Part shown: in pieces, positions 28,761 to 37,521 of the stretch
Numbering within the stretch: position 1 is the first letter of the stretch
Layout: each line of letters opens with the position of its first letter
DNA from: a virus
UHGV virus genome: UHGV-0348865
DNA: 64,000 nucleotides
Strand: one strand, 5' to 3'
Program-made: the position numbers and the translations under genes
Notes under the pieces: model-generated
What the model was told of the DNA's origin: nothing
The model's database searches: none
What the model saw: the letters and a program-made list of their open reading frames with translations, nothing else

Positions 28761-31004
28761 TTACTTTTTACTTCCAAGACGTTTGCCTGGAATCCGTGAA
28801 TCTTTGAGAGAAGCTTGTTGCTCTTTCTTAGTTACATTAGCTTCTTTCTTTTGGAGTTCCAAAGTTTTGTCCTGAACACGAGCTTGCTGAACAATCTTCT
28901 CTTGGTCTACCTGATGAGACATAACCATCTGCAATTCTTTCAGTACAGATTCATACTGACGGACCTGCTGTTGCATAAGAGCTAACTTGTGCTTAGCTTG
29001 TTCCAGAGTAGCATTGTTATCTTCTTTACGGTTTTCCAGAGTCATTTCATCTGCTGCATTTTCTTGCTTGAACTGCAACTCTTCCTGACGCAGACTTAAT
29101 TCATCCGCAGCTTTCTGCTGTTCGAATGTAGTACGTTCACGTTGGTCGAATGCATCAGCAATCATCTTCTGAGAAGAAGCCTGTACGTTCTCAACCTGAG
29201 CTTTAGTCATCTCGAGCTGAAGGATTTCCATCGGAGAAGGTTCTGGAGGCTGATACTGTTCCAGAGGCAGAAGGTATTTATGTGTATCTTTAATACCCAT
29301 CAACTCAAAGATCTGTGCAGTCATGTAACGGTCTTGCTCCAAACCAAAGAGAGGTGCTAACTGTGCATCTGCTGCAATCAGCTGTTTCAAGCTAATCAGT
29401 TTCTGTGCACGTTCTGCTTTCTCGTTAGGAGAGATAGCCACAACAACTTGGAGGTTGTGACGAGCTGGTAATTGTTTTGGATTTACCTGAACCATACCAC
29501 GAGGGGTTTGTACCTCAATAGGAACTTCACCGTTTTCTCTGATAAGGCTGTAAATACCACGCATCAACTCAACCATACCATTGTGAGCAATGTTACGACA
29601 TACCATACGGAGACGGTTCTGTGCAGCATTCATCATCAAGCCTACGGTTGCATAAGCGTTATCATTCTTAAACACATCAGGGTTGATACCCATGCCTAGT
29701 TTGGTTACACCTGTACGTGTCTCTTTAAGCTCCTCAGACATACCTAGGAGGCCATCAATACCTTGAGGTAGGTTATGGTATGGGAACAGGTCAATAGCGT
29801 CCTGACGTTCCATTTCAACCACTCCACCGGGACGGTTATCAAGCAGAGAGCGACGATCGTATGCACCAACAAGAGCCTTGTATCGACCATAGTTAGCATT
29901 GTTGACGTTATCAATGTAACCACGAACTAGCGCGGTACGTAAATCTTGAATATCTTTCGTAATGTCATAGACCGATTGACCATAGAAGGAACCCGGAATC
30001 GGATACGGGCAGAAGGTTACAAACGGAATGTGAGTCACTTCTTCAGTGTGAAGGATATGCTCACCAGCTTGAATAACCTGATAGAGTTTAGACTCTTTAT
30101 TCTTATCTAGAACACCAGTACGAATGTAGTGCTCATAAACCCAAACCATAGAAGCGATATCTTCAGTATCTGTACCAATATCAGCATCAATATCCTGACG
30201 CCAGTCAGTACGAGACCAAGCAACTGTAGATTGAGTAGTATCCATCGTGTCTGTCCAGTCGTTAAATGCTTCAATCTCATCTTTAGGGAAGCCCATAGCA
30301 ACCAGATCTTCTTTAGAACGACGTACACGATGACAGAAGTATTGTGCATCTGCAAAAGAGGTAGCATGTTCGTCAACAAAGATTTGCTCTGAAGGAACAT
30401 ATTCAACTTTCACACGTTTAACAGTTTGTTCGTAAGTAACTTTAACATCTACTGTACCGTCTTCATTTTCTTCAGTGAAGATTTCCAGATTCTTGAGTCC
30501 ACCAGCTTCTAATCCCTGAACATATGCAGCCAATGCTTCCGGTGGTACACCTTCAGCTTCTTCAGTTTGAGTAGAAGTTTGCTCATCCCAATAATATTTG
30601 ATAAAAGAGTTACGAGTAACCAGACATTCTTGTGCAGCAGAAGAGATAATATTGTATCCCGGATTGTCACGCAGAAGAATTTGGTTAACCAATTTAGTTG
30701 CTACATCAGCAGCATCAGAATCCTGTTGGTTGTCAGCTACGAAAGTAACTGCTTCATCACCAGAACAGAATACGTTAATAATATCTTGCAATGTACCGTT
30801 AACAGATTCCCAAACAGTACGATCTACCCAACTAGAGCTGCCAGCAGTTACTGGTGCAGGTAAGTTACCATAGAAATATTCCCAAGCTTCACGAGCATAG
30901 CCCTTAACAGCCATGTCCACGTAGCCTTGAGCATAATTAAAACGACGTTGAAGGTCAACACGTAACTCGTCCAACACCTCTTCACTATATTTTTGCTTAG
31001 CCAT
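28761..31004 (-). CDS. portal protein with long C-terminal coiled-coil segment
   Basis: 747 aa immediately downstream of large terminase; GAGGGAGAG RBS; C-terminal roughly 150 aa Q/E/K-rich helical region reminiscent of P22-type portal barrels. Confidence 0.7.
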   Translation of the reverse strand: MAKQKYSEEVLDELRVDLQRRFNYAQGYVDMAVKGYAREAWEYFYGNLPAPVTAGSSSWVDRTVWESVNGTLQDIINVFCSGDEAVTFVADNQQDSDAADVATKLVNQILLRDNPGYNIISSAAQECLVTRNSFIKYYWDEQTSTQTEEAEGVPPEALAAYVQGLEAGGLKNLEIFTEENEDGTVDVKVTYEQTVKRVKVEYVPSEQIFVDEHATSFADAQYFCHRVRRSKEDLVAMGFPKDEIEAFNDWTDTMDTTQSTVAWSRTDWRQDIDADIGTDTEDIASMVWVYEHYIRTGVLDKNKESKLYQVIQAGEHILHTEEVTHIPFVTFCPYPIPGSFYGQSVYDITKDIQDLRTALVRGYIDNVNNANYGRYKALVGAYDRRSLLDNRPGGVVEMERQDAIDLFPYHNLPQGIDGLLGMSEELKETRTGVTKLGMGINPDVFKNDNAYATVGLMMNAAQNRLRMVCRNIAHNGMVELMRGIYSLIRENGEVPIEVQTPRGMVQVNPKQLPARHNLQVVVAISPNEKAERAQKLISLKQLIAADAQLAPLFGLEQDRYMTAQIFELMGIKDTHKYLLPLEQYQPPEPSPMEILQLEMTKAQVENVQASSQKMIADAFDQRERTTFEQQKAADELSLRQEELQFKQENAADEMTLENRKEDNNATLEQAKHKLALMQQQVRQYESVLKELQMVMSHQVDQEKIVQQARVQDKTLELQKKEANVTKKEQQASLKDSRIPGKRLGSKK

Positions 31005-31027
31005 CGATTCTCTCCCTCGGTTGATAG

Positions 31028-31060
31028 CTTAAATAAAAGAAGGGAGGACAAACCTCCCAA
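31028..31060. terminator. GC hairpin with flanking A/T tracts between terminase and portal genes
   Basis: GGGAGG-ACAAA-CCTCCC flanked by AAATAAAAGAA and AATTTTTCTGTT; could terminate or attenuate in either direction. Confidence 0.4.
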
Positions 31061-31241
31061 TTTTTCTGTTTGGACGTTTCTGTTTTTAACGTGGGGCTGT
31101 CCTACCACCACTAGAATTTAGTAACCACAAGACTAAAAGGGAGGTCGTAGCCTACTCTCCCCAACAAGCCGCCAGAATGCTTGCCCCCTGCGCTAGAAAG
31201 GCTAATCTCTGGCCTAAACCTCTCTAGAAACTCTTAGAATT

Positions 31242-32783
31242 TTAGTAACTCTGATTCCATCTGCTTACGTTTGCCTCATACAAAGAAGCACTTCCGTAGC
31301 TAACGTCATGCTTAGAGCGACCACGATGTGTAACAGAGCACGCTGAATAGCGCATTGCATCCATTAAGTCATCATGTTCTTTAATAATCTTACCAACCTT
31401 ACGGTGATATCTAGCTTTCTCTTCAAATAGCTTAGCGTTAGCGGCTGTGTTAAAGATTTTAAAGCGTCCACTCATCATTCTTTCTCGGATATCCGTGATT
31501 CCCGGTTCTACAAAGAAGTTCTTTTTACCATCCATTCCAATTTTGTTGTAGAAGGTCTCACTCTGTACGTTAACTCCTGCATTCTTATAGAATTGAGCAA
31601 CAGATGAACCACTACCTTTCTCAATATTGTCCGCATCGTGCGGTAGGATGACAGGAATCCACTGACCACGACCATTAATAGCTGGAGCATGATACACTGG
31701 AGTAAAGCCACCTTCTTTATATGAGTCGTAAACATAGATAGTATCCGTGTTTGCATCGTAAGCTGTCCAAACAGCAGCAGTTGGGTGATCAATACCAATA
31801 TCAATTGCACAGACACGTTTCCACGTATCAGGAATTTCGAATGGTTCACATTTAATTGTGTCATCCGATACATCATAAATCAAACCACTTCCTAACAATG
31901 GCATACCTTTCGAACGCATCTCTAACTGCCACGCTGGAATACCTTCAGTCATATCTTTTATATCTTGGTCAGTGATATGTCCACCTAGGTCTGCATGAGC
32001 ATCCCACCAAGAAGCATTCTGGAAATATAGAGAACCTGTGTTCTCATCCCCTTCACCTTTCATAAATTTATCTACCAGTTCAGTTAAACCGTTCTCTGGT
32101 GTAGCTGTAATTGTAACTAGACCTTTAGTTGTGAGTGTACGTGTGACGCACTGTGCGAATATAGCCATAGACTCGTATGGATCTTCTTCGTCTAACCAAA
32201 TGTAGTCAACTGTTGCACCCATCAATGTGTGTTCACCCTGTTGGGTTGAACGGAATTCTAATGTACTTAAACCGTCAAACTCTCCTCTTTCGTTTTGATG
32301 TTTGATTTGTACGATTTGAAGTTTGTTACCATCTCGCTCTATCGTGTCAATGACGATAGCATCACGAGGAATGACACCTGTCCCCAATAAGTTTGTATCC
32401 TTTCCGATAGGCGTACCAAACAATTCCTTTTGCAACACTTTCCTTGTGGAATCCCCTGTAATACCAACTGCCCATGCTAAGATAGGTCTTTTAAATTTAT
32501 ATCCTGTCCACCAAGTTGGGTAGCGACCTGTGACATGACAAGCAAACTCGTATGCCTCGCTGTAAGATTTACCAACACGGTTCGCTGCACACAAGAATCT
32601 AAAGCGATGCTTCAATCCTGCTGCATAAAATTTCTTTTGGAAGTCATACGCCTTGAAAGACAAAATCTTATTATACTTCCTCCATTGGTCACGCTCTTTC
32701 AACATATTCAATAGTGCTTTCTTTTCCTCTACACTAAGGTTGTTACCAGTTAGAGCTTCATAAATTTGTTTATCTAATGACAT
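31242..32783 (-). CDS. terminase large subunit
   Basis: ATPase P-loop FLCAANRVGKSYSEAYE, a WLDEED Walker B-like motif and a C-terminal nuclease region (IDIGIDHPTAAVW); GGAGGA RBS. Confidence 0.9.
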   Translation of the reverse strand: MSLDKQIYEALTGNNLSVEEKKALLNMLKERDQWRKYNKILSFKAYDFQKKFYAAGLKHRFRFLCAANRVGKSYSEAYEFACHVTGRYPTWWTGYKFKRPILAWAVGITGDSTRKVLQKELFGTPIGKDTNLLGTGVIPRDAIVIDTIERDGNKLQIVQIKHQNERGEFDGLSTLEFRSTQQGEHTLMGATVDYIWLDEEDPYESMAIFAQCVTRTLTTKGLVTITATPENGLTELVDKFMKGEGDENTGSLYFQNASWWDAHADLGGHITDQDIKDMTEGIPAWQLEMRSKGMPLLGSGLIYDVSDDTIKCEPFEIPDTWKRVCAIDIGIDHPTAAVWTAYDANTDTIYVYDSYKEGGFTPVYHAPAINGRGQWIPVILPHDADNIEKGSGSSVAQFYKNAGVNVQSETFYNKIGMDGKKNFFVEPGITDIRERMMSGRFKIFNTAANAKLFEEKARYHRKVGKIIKEHDDLMDAMRYSACSVTHRGRSKHDVSYGSASLYEANVSRWNQSY

Positions 32784-32944
32784 ACTTCCTCCAGTTTAAA
32801 AATAGAAAAGGGAAAGTCCCTTCGTCAAAGAACCTCCCCTCTCCACTACAAGGGTACACTGCAAAAGAACATCGTGGCAATAAAACTATAACAATCCTCA
32901 GATTGCTAGTCAGATGATCTTCGACAGCTCCCTGTTTCCTTTAA

Positions 32945-33418
32945 TTAACTCTCGTCCGCTTCCTCCCCCTTTTCAGCGTCCTCAGAGTTGTCTTCTTCTG
33001 GAGGCATAACGTCGATACCAAGTGCTCCAGTCAAGAAGTCCTTGATTTGTGCATTCAATGATTCTTCGTTGATTACATTCTCTTCCTCAATCTTAACTTC
33101 AACAGAGGCCGCCTTAGGATATACCAGATCTGCAACTTTTGATGCAGCCTTGAATCTAAGATCAGGTGGAATATTAGGATCTTCGTAAATTTGAATTAAC
33201 ACTTCATCAGGAGACAAATGACTTGCAGCAACACGGTCCAACATTAATTGTGTCAGTTTACCTCTACTACCTCTGGGTCGTCCGAATTTATTTCCCTTTT
33301 GAAACTTCCCATTGCTTGGGTTCATACCACGGCTTTCGAGTTCTTCCGTTACTCCGGGTAATCTTCCTGTAACCTCAGCTACCTGTGCAGGCGTGAGTTC
33401 TCCGTTTTCTCCAAACAT
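32945..33418 (-). CDS. putative terminase small subunit
   Basis: 157-aa protein upstream of the large terminase with a basic N-terminal region and acidic C-terminus; assignment mainly positional. Confidence 0.5.
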   Translation of the reverse strand: MFGENGELTPAQVAEVTGRLPGVTEELESRGMNPSNGKFQKGNKFGRPRGSRGKLTQLMLDRVAASHLSPDEVLIQIYEDPNIPPDLRFKAASKVADLVYPKAASVEVKIEEENVINEESLNAQIKDFLTGALGIDVMPPEEDNSEDAEKGEEADES

Positions 33419-33474
33419 TTTATACTCCTTCTACATTATCAACAACACAAAAAGCCTCCCAACGGAGGCAAACA

Positions 33475-34110
33475 TTACTTACAATCACCAACGGACAGGT
33501 TAAACATCTTACCTAGAGCAATCGTCTCACCTTCCCACGGAAGTTCTGCACCCTTCTCTTCCTCTAAAAGAATAGAGCCGTCGACCAAAAATTTTTCGTA
33601 GTCTCGCAGTGCGTCGTCTACTAACTCACTCTTGTGAATCCACGTAATAGTTTCTGTACCATCCTCTTCGATTCGAACATCACGATGCCATTCATCTTTG
33701 GAGGTAATGTAATCATGGAGCATTTCATATTCAGCTTCTTCAATCATCTCAATCATTGCACGAGCGTAGTCAGGGAGGTGATCATGTTTGGTAGATTCAT
33801 ATTCAACTACTTCCAGAGTAGATGGTTGTGTTTTAGTTTTAGAATCAGGGCGAGTAGTATGAATCAAATCTAACATGTTTTTGTTCTCCGTAATAGTTGG
33901 TTTAAGAATACTTCCACTATATAAATCTTGTACAGCTAGTCCTGAAATATTTCCCATAGTTTCTAAATGTTGCAAGCTACAACCAGAACGGCATAGCTGT
34001 GAATTATAATCGTTAAGGTCCATTGCTTTAATGTGGAAAGGAGAACCAGAAGGGAAACTACCTCCATCTCCATAAACACCTTCCATGTTACGTGCGATTA
34101 AACTATTCAT
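33475..34110 (-). CDS. hypothetical protein
   Basis: 211-aa ORF at the head of the minus-strand operon. Confidence 0.45.
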   Translation of the reverse strand: MNSLIARNMEGVYGDGGSFPSGSPFHIKAMDLNDYNSQLCRSGCSLQHLETMGNISGLAVQDLYSGSILKPTITENKNMLDLIHTTRPDSKTKTQPSTLEVVEYESTKHDHLPDYARAMIEMIEEAEYEMLHDYITSKDEWHRDVRIEEDGTETITWIHKSELVDDALRDYEKFLVDGSILLEEEKGAELPWEGETIALGKMFNLSVGDCK

Positions 34111-34357
34111 CTGTCTCTCCCTTACTATAATCTTTATACGTTTCTACTTTGTAAGTGCGGAATGCTCTGAAGAAGAGCCAACCTAAGCTACTCACATCAA
34201 TTGTAATATCGAAATCTGTTTCATCATCTAAATCAACAAGACGACCTAAGCATGTAGCTTCCATCCCTTCTTCAGAGTCACTATTGATTACGAAAGCGTA
34301 TGTCTCTGTTCTAAACCGAGGCACCATCTCTGATAAAAAGTCTAATACTAAATTCAT
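34103..34357 (-). CDS. hypothetical protein
   Basis: 84-aa ORF; first gene of the minus-strand operon. Confidence 0.4.
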   Translation of the reverse strand: MNLVLDFLSEMVPRFRTETYAFVINSDSEEGMEATCLGRLVDLDDETDFDITIDVSSLGWLFFRAFRTYKVETYKDYSKGETDE

Positions 34358-34380
34358 AATTCTTCTCCTCTGAATAAGAG

Positions 34381-34508
34381 TATAAAGGGCACATCATAAG
34401 ACCTACCCGTAAAGGCCTCCTCATACCAACAACCCGTGTACGCTGAAGTAAAGGGCATGTCATAAAGGGGACTTCATGTTAAGGCACCTTCATAAAGGCT
34501 ATATCACG
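34381..34508. repeat. tandem iteron-like direct repeats (6-7 units of about 15-18 bp)
   Basis: Successive units AAAGGGCACATCATAAG / AAAGGCCTCCTCATACC / AAAGGGCATGTCATAAAGG / GGACTTCATGTTAAGG / CACCTTCATAAAGG / CTATATCACGTTAAGG with an AAGG...TCAT...AAGG core. Confidence 0.5.
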
Positions 34509-34670
34509 TTAAGGCTTATCCACCCACGTACTGAATCTCAACTTACCACATTCCTTACACTTCCATGTTGATAGATACAAACCATGTATTCTTTCATCCC
34601 CGTAAGCTTTACGAAGAAGATAGTAATTGTGCTTACACTTCATCCGTCTAAATACTTTAATTAGATTCAT
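34509..34670 (-). CDS. small zinc-ribbon-like protein (53 aa)
   Basis: Only the 3' third of the 139-aa track ORF; internal Met preceded by AGAGAGGA; CKH...CKEC Cys/His pairs. Confidence 0.3.
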   Translation of the reverse strand: MNLIKVFRRMKCKHNYYLLRKAYGDERIHGLYLSTWKCKECGKLRFSTWVDKP

Positions 34671-34819
34671 TAAGTCCTCTCTTAAGCTTATATATAAGAG
34701 TTTAAAATTCTGATTTGACCGAGTGGGGCTAGCCGCTCGCCGCGCGTTTCCTAAAAAGGGGGAGTCCTCATTTAAAAAAGGGTTATTGGCAATGCCTTTA
34801 CCCTCCCTTTCAACGTTCC

Positions 34820-35290
34820 ACCTTTCCCCGTGCCTACTCCCCGTAGTTATTCCCCCGTGTATACTACCCAATACATTACCTACCCGTTTATTTAGTACCC
34901 CTTTAGAGAGTGAGAGAAAGGCTAGCACTGTACAGGCACAATCATAACAGGTCTAATAATACCGTATAGTAACCATTCCGTCCCCCATAGTTTGAATGTA
35001 AATAGTTTCAATAGTTGTTATTATGAGTGCAATAATGATATATGTATTAATTAAGTGGATGATTGTATTTCTTTTAATTGTTTCTTTTATTACTTTCTTT
35101 TTCAGCGTACATGAGCGTAGCGAATGGTCTTTGATGTTTGAGTAATGCTATTAATAGTTAACTAATTATTTAAGTGGTATATTATTACCGCACTATCTTG
35201 CTATGCTTCCCCGTGGTCTGTTCTGCGGTTGTTGTATCCCCGTTTGTCCTGGTCTGTTGGTCTGTTACCCGTGGTGTTACGCTAACGCTA
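34820..35290. repeat. non-coding region with recurrent CCCCGT(G) and GGTCTGTT motifs and an AT-rich tract
   Basis: CCCCGT occurs at least 6 times in about 34825-35280; GGTCTGTT three times near 35215-35265; 34960-35110 is strongly AT-rich. No credible ORF. Confidence 0.35.
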
Positions 35291-35403
35291 CGAATGTTAT
35301 AAAGTAACAATAAGAAGTAAGCTGATTCTCTGAGTATGGAAAGATTAGTAAATTAAATTCCTTTAGTTTTCAGTAGGATGCAAGAAAGTTAGAAAATAAA
35401 TGA

Positions 35404-35431
35404 TTGACAGTCTTTTCCTTTATTATATAGT
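35404..35431 (+). promoter_or_regulatory. sigma70-like early promoter (TTGACA-16-TATAGT)
   Basis: Perfect -35 hexamer and near-consensus -10 about 40 nt upstream of the 35470 gene; a second TTGACA lies directly downstream. Confidence 0.5.
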
Positions 35432-35469
35432 TGTTGACAGTTGATTGAATCTATCTAAGGAATAACGAA

Positions 35470-35958
35470 ATGGCTAAAGCAATGCAGGTAGTTAATCTGG
35501 CAAGTTATGCACTGATTGCCGCGATCGGTGTTAGTGCACTGGTCACATCTCTTTCTGATAAGGCTATCGCTAGTCCTGCTCCTGCAACTGATGCGGCTAG
35601 TGTCTTCTCTAGTTCCATCAATAAGGGTTGGATGATTTGCAACGGTGCGGATAGTGACACCAATCAAATCGTCTTAAAGGTTAAATTCAGTAACGTTTCC
35701 CGTGATGGTCTGGTCGTTAGTACCAAAACACTAGATAATCAGGGCAATGAAGATTTGCTATTGAAGCGTACTGATAACGATCCCGAACTAGTTACCTTCG
35801 GCACTGTACAACGTTACAGTCATGCGAAAGCTGTCACGAATCTGGTCAGTTATGGCCCGATGAACGAATCAATGCTTGCTACCACGGTTTACAATAACGA
35901 AGATAATGCGGTTTATACCGTACACATCAATTTGGCTAACTGTATCGGTGCTAAATAA
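35470..35958 (+). CDS. secreted/periplasmic early protein with N-terminal signal peptide
   Basis: AAGGAATAA RBS; hydrophobic N-terminus VVNLASYALIAAIGVSALVTSLS followed by a Ser/Thr/Asn-rich mature region. Confidence 0.55.
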   Translation: MAKAMQVVNLASYALIAAIGVSALVTSLSDKAIASPAPATDAASVFSSSINKGWMICNGADSDTNQIVLKVKFSNVSRDGLVVSTKTLDNQGNEDLLLKRTDNDPELVTFGTVQRYSHAKAVTNLVSYGPMNESMLATTVYNNEDNAVYTVHINLANCIGAK

Positions 35959-35982
35959 TATTAAATCTAACAGGAAATATTT

Positions 35983-36240
35983 ATGGGAAATGAAACTATC
36001 GCACTGATTGATACACATAATTACGGTGGCGTTACGCTCTCCTTTGATGAATCAACCGACGCTGGTTATTTATCTTTTCTTGCTAAAGGTGAGATACAAA
36101 ATATCCGCTTTCCCGTTGTTTGTCTGGTGCAGGATTATATAACAGTTGGGAAGTATTTGGCGCAACGTGGGATTCTCCTATCGCTGGAAGAAGTGGAACA
36201 AATCAGTGTATCCTTTTTTGGCGAGGATAGCAACCAATGA
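35983..36240 (+). CDS. hypothetical early protein
   Basis: 85-aa ORF with RBS. Confidence 0.45.
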   Translation: MGNETIALIDTHNYGGVTLSFDESTDAGYLSFLAKGEIQNIRFPVVCLVQDYITVGKYLAQRGILLSLEEVEQISVSFFGEDSNQ

Positions 36241-36437
36241 TTCATGATTATTTTTGGCGTTGCTTGTTTGGTGCGACCTTCCTGCTGTTCATTACTGATA
36301 TGCTGTATTCTTACGTTTTCTAAGGTCTGGATGTGCTGTTTTTGTTTTTGTTAGTCGTGGGCTTCATTTCTTTAAATTATTTACTGATTGTTGCCGCTCT
36401 CGATGTTATTAATCTCATTATTAAAGGTTGATTGGCT

Positions 36438-36803
36438 ATGTGGTTTATTAAATTCGTCGTTAAAACGGTTGTAGGCTTCTTTCTGGTTGTTCTCCTGTTA
36501 GGTGTCCTGCTATCGGCTATGGGTAGTGTAAAGGCTGCAACGTTCTCCCCTGCTACGGTTGACGGTTTACAGTGCACCTATTTGATTGAGAATTATGACA
36601 CTGGTAAACAGTCACCTAAAGTTATTATTTTGCATGTAAATGATTTCGATCATGTGCAATCATTTGATAAAACTATTCAACTGATGAATGAGTCCACTGG
36701 CAAACAAGTCATGATTGATCATCTGATGCGCTCATCCCTAACCTTGTTTGATGAGTCTATGAATGAAGTTGCATCCGGTAACGGTCAATGTGTAAATCCA
36801 TAG
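36438..36803 (+). CDS. membrane-anchored early protein
   Basis: N-terminal transmembrane helix FIKFVVKTVVGFFLVVLLLGVLLSAMG; start at the ATG after AAAGG (track start is TTG at 36432). Confidence 0.5.
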   Translation: MWFIKFVVKTVVGFFLVVLLLGVLLSAMGSVKAATFSPATVDGLQCTYLIENYDTGKQSPKVIILHVNDFDHVQSFDKTIQLMNESTGKQVMIDHLMRSSLTLFDESMNEVASGNGQCVNP

Positions 36804-36879
36804 GCTTAATCTTTCTCCTGTATTGTGCCGTGGTCATGCCTATGGTCATAATCTATCTGATGCTCTAAATCCTTCCTGT

Positions 36880-36908
36880 AAGCCTCCTAGTGAGGCTTTT
36901 CTCTTTTC
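36880..36908 (+). terminator. rho-independent terminator
   Basis: AAGCCTC-CTAGT-GAGGCTT followed by TTCTCTTTTC, about 75 nt after the stop of the 36438-36803 gene. Confidence 0.6.
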
Positions 36909-37189
36909 TAAGGTGATTGTATGCCTTACTCCCTTTTAGTTCGCTGTAGTGCGTTTTAGACCGCTCATTATTTCTTTACAAGCCGTTTTCTATGATGTAC
37001 CGCGTGCGTGCGCTCTTTTACCTTCCTATAGTGAAAAAGTTTAAAATATTTTGCTTTACCCTATTGTATCCCTCACTGGTTAATGTATACTTCATTTCAT
37101 CGGGTACGATGTAAAACATACAAGGCAAGGAAACTTGCCCCGCTCTTTAAAAATCAGGCAAGAAAGTGAAAATATTCTTAAAAAGAGTA

Positions 37190-37218
37190 TTGACACCAGA
37201 AAAAGCCTGATATATAGT
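37190..37218 (+). promoter_or_regulatory. strong sigma70-like promoter (TTGACA-17-TATAGT), first of three in tandem
   Basis: Consensus -35, 17-bp spacer, TATAGT -10, preceded by an A-rich UP-like tract. Confidence 0.55.
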
Positions 37219-37334
37219 GAGCATAAGTCAGCGATGACGTGAAATATCCCGCTCTTTAAAAACTTATCATCTTGCCCTTTCGCATAGATTCAAGCGAGAT
37301 AAGGGAACGGAATAAAAGAAGATGATAAAAAGAG

Positions 37335-37362
37335 TTGACAAGCTAACACGGTGTGTTAAGCT
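37335..37362 (+). promoter_or_regulatory. sigma70-like promoter (TTGACA-16-TAAGCT), second of three
   Basis: Consensus -35 with a weaker -10; same AAAAAGAG upstream context as the first promoter. Confidence 0.4.
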
Positions 37363-37492
37363 ACAAATGCAGTAACCGCTCTTTAAAAATATGAATCATA
37401 AGTTAAGCCTCACCGCTTAATCTTCAATCAAATATAGCTGATTGATATATCCTCCCAATAAGGGGAGCGACGAAAAAAGATTAAAAAAGTGG

Positions 37493-37521
37493 TTGACAGC
37501 TAAAACAGCATGATTCATAAT
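37493..37521 (+). promoter_or_regulatory. strong sigma70-like promoter (TTGACA-17-CATAAT), third of three
   Basis: Consensus -35, 17-bp spacer, CATAAT -10, A-rich upstream tract. Confidence 0.55.

Noticed and set aside
34671-34928. Upstream two-thirds of the 139-aa minus-strand track ORF
   Set aside because: It overlaps the repeat-rich non-coding junction and has low-complexity composition; only the 3' 53 codons have an RBS and a plausible zinc-ribbon pattern.
37205-37225. T7-type single-subunit RNA polymerase promoters suggested by TATAGTGAG strings
   Set aside because: The match is limited to the -10 region of sigma70-type promoters with perfect TTGACA boxes at 17-bp spacing; no full 23-bp T7-class consensus and no single-subunit RNA polymerase gene in the window.
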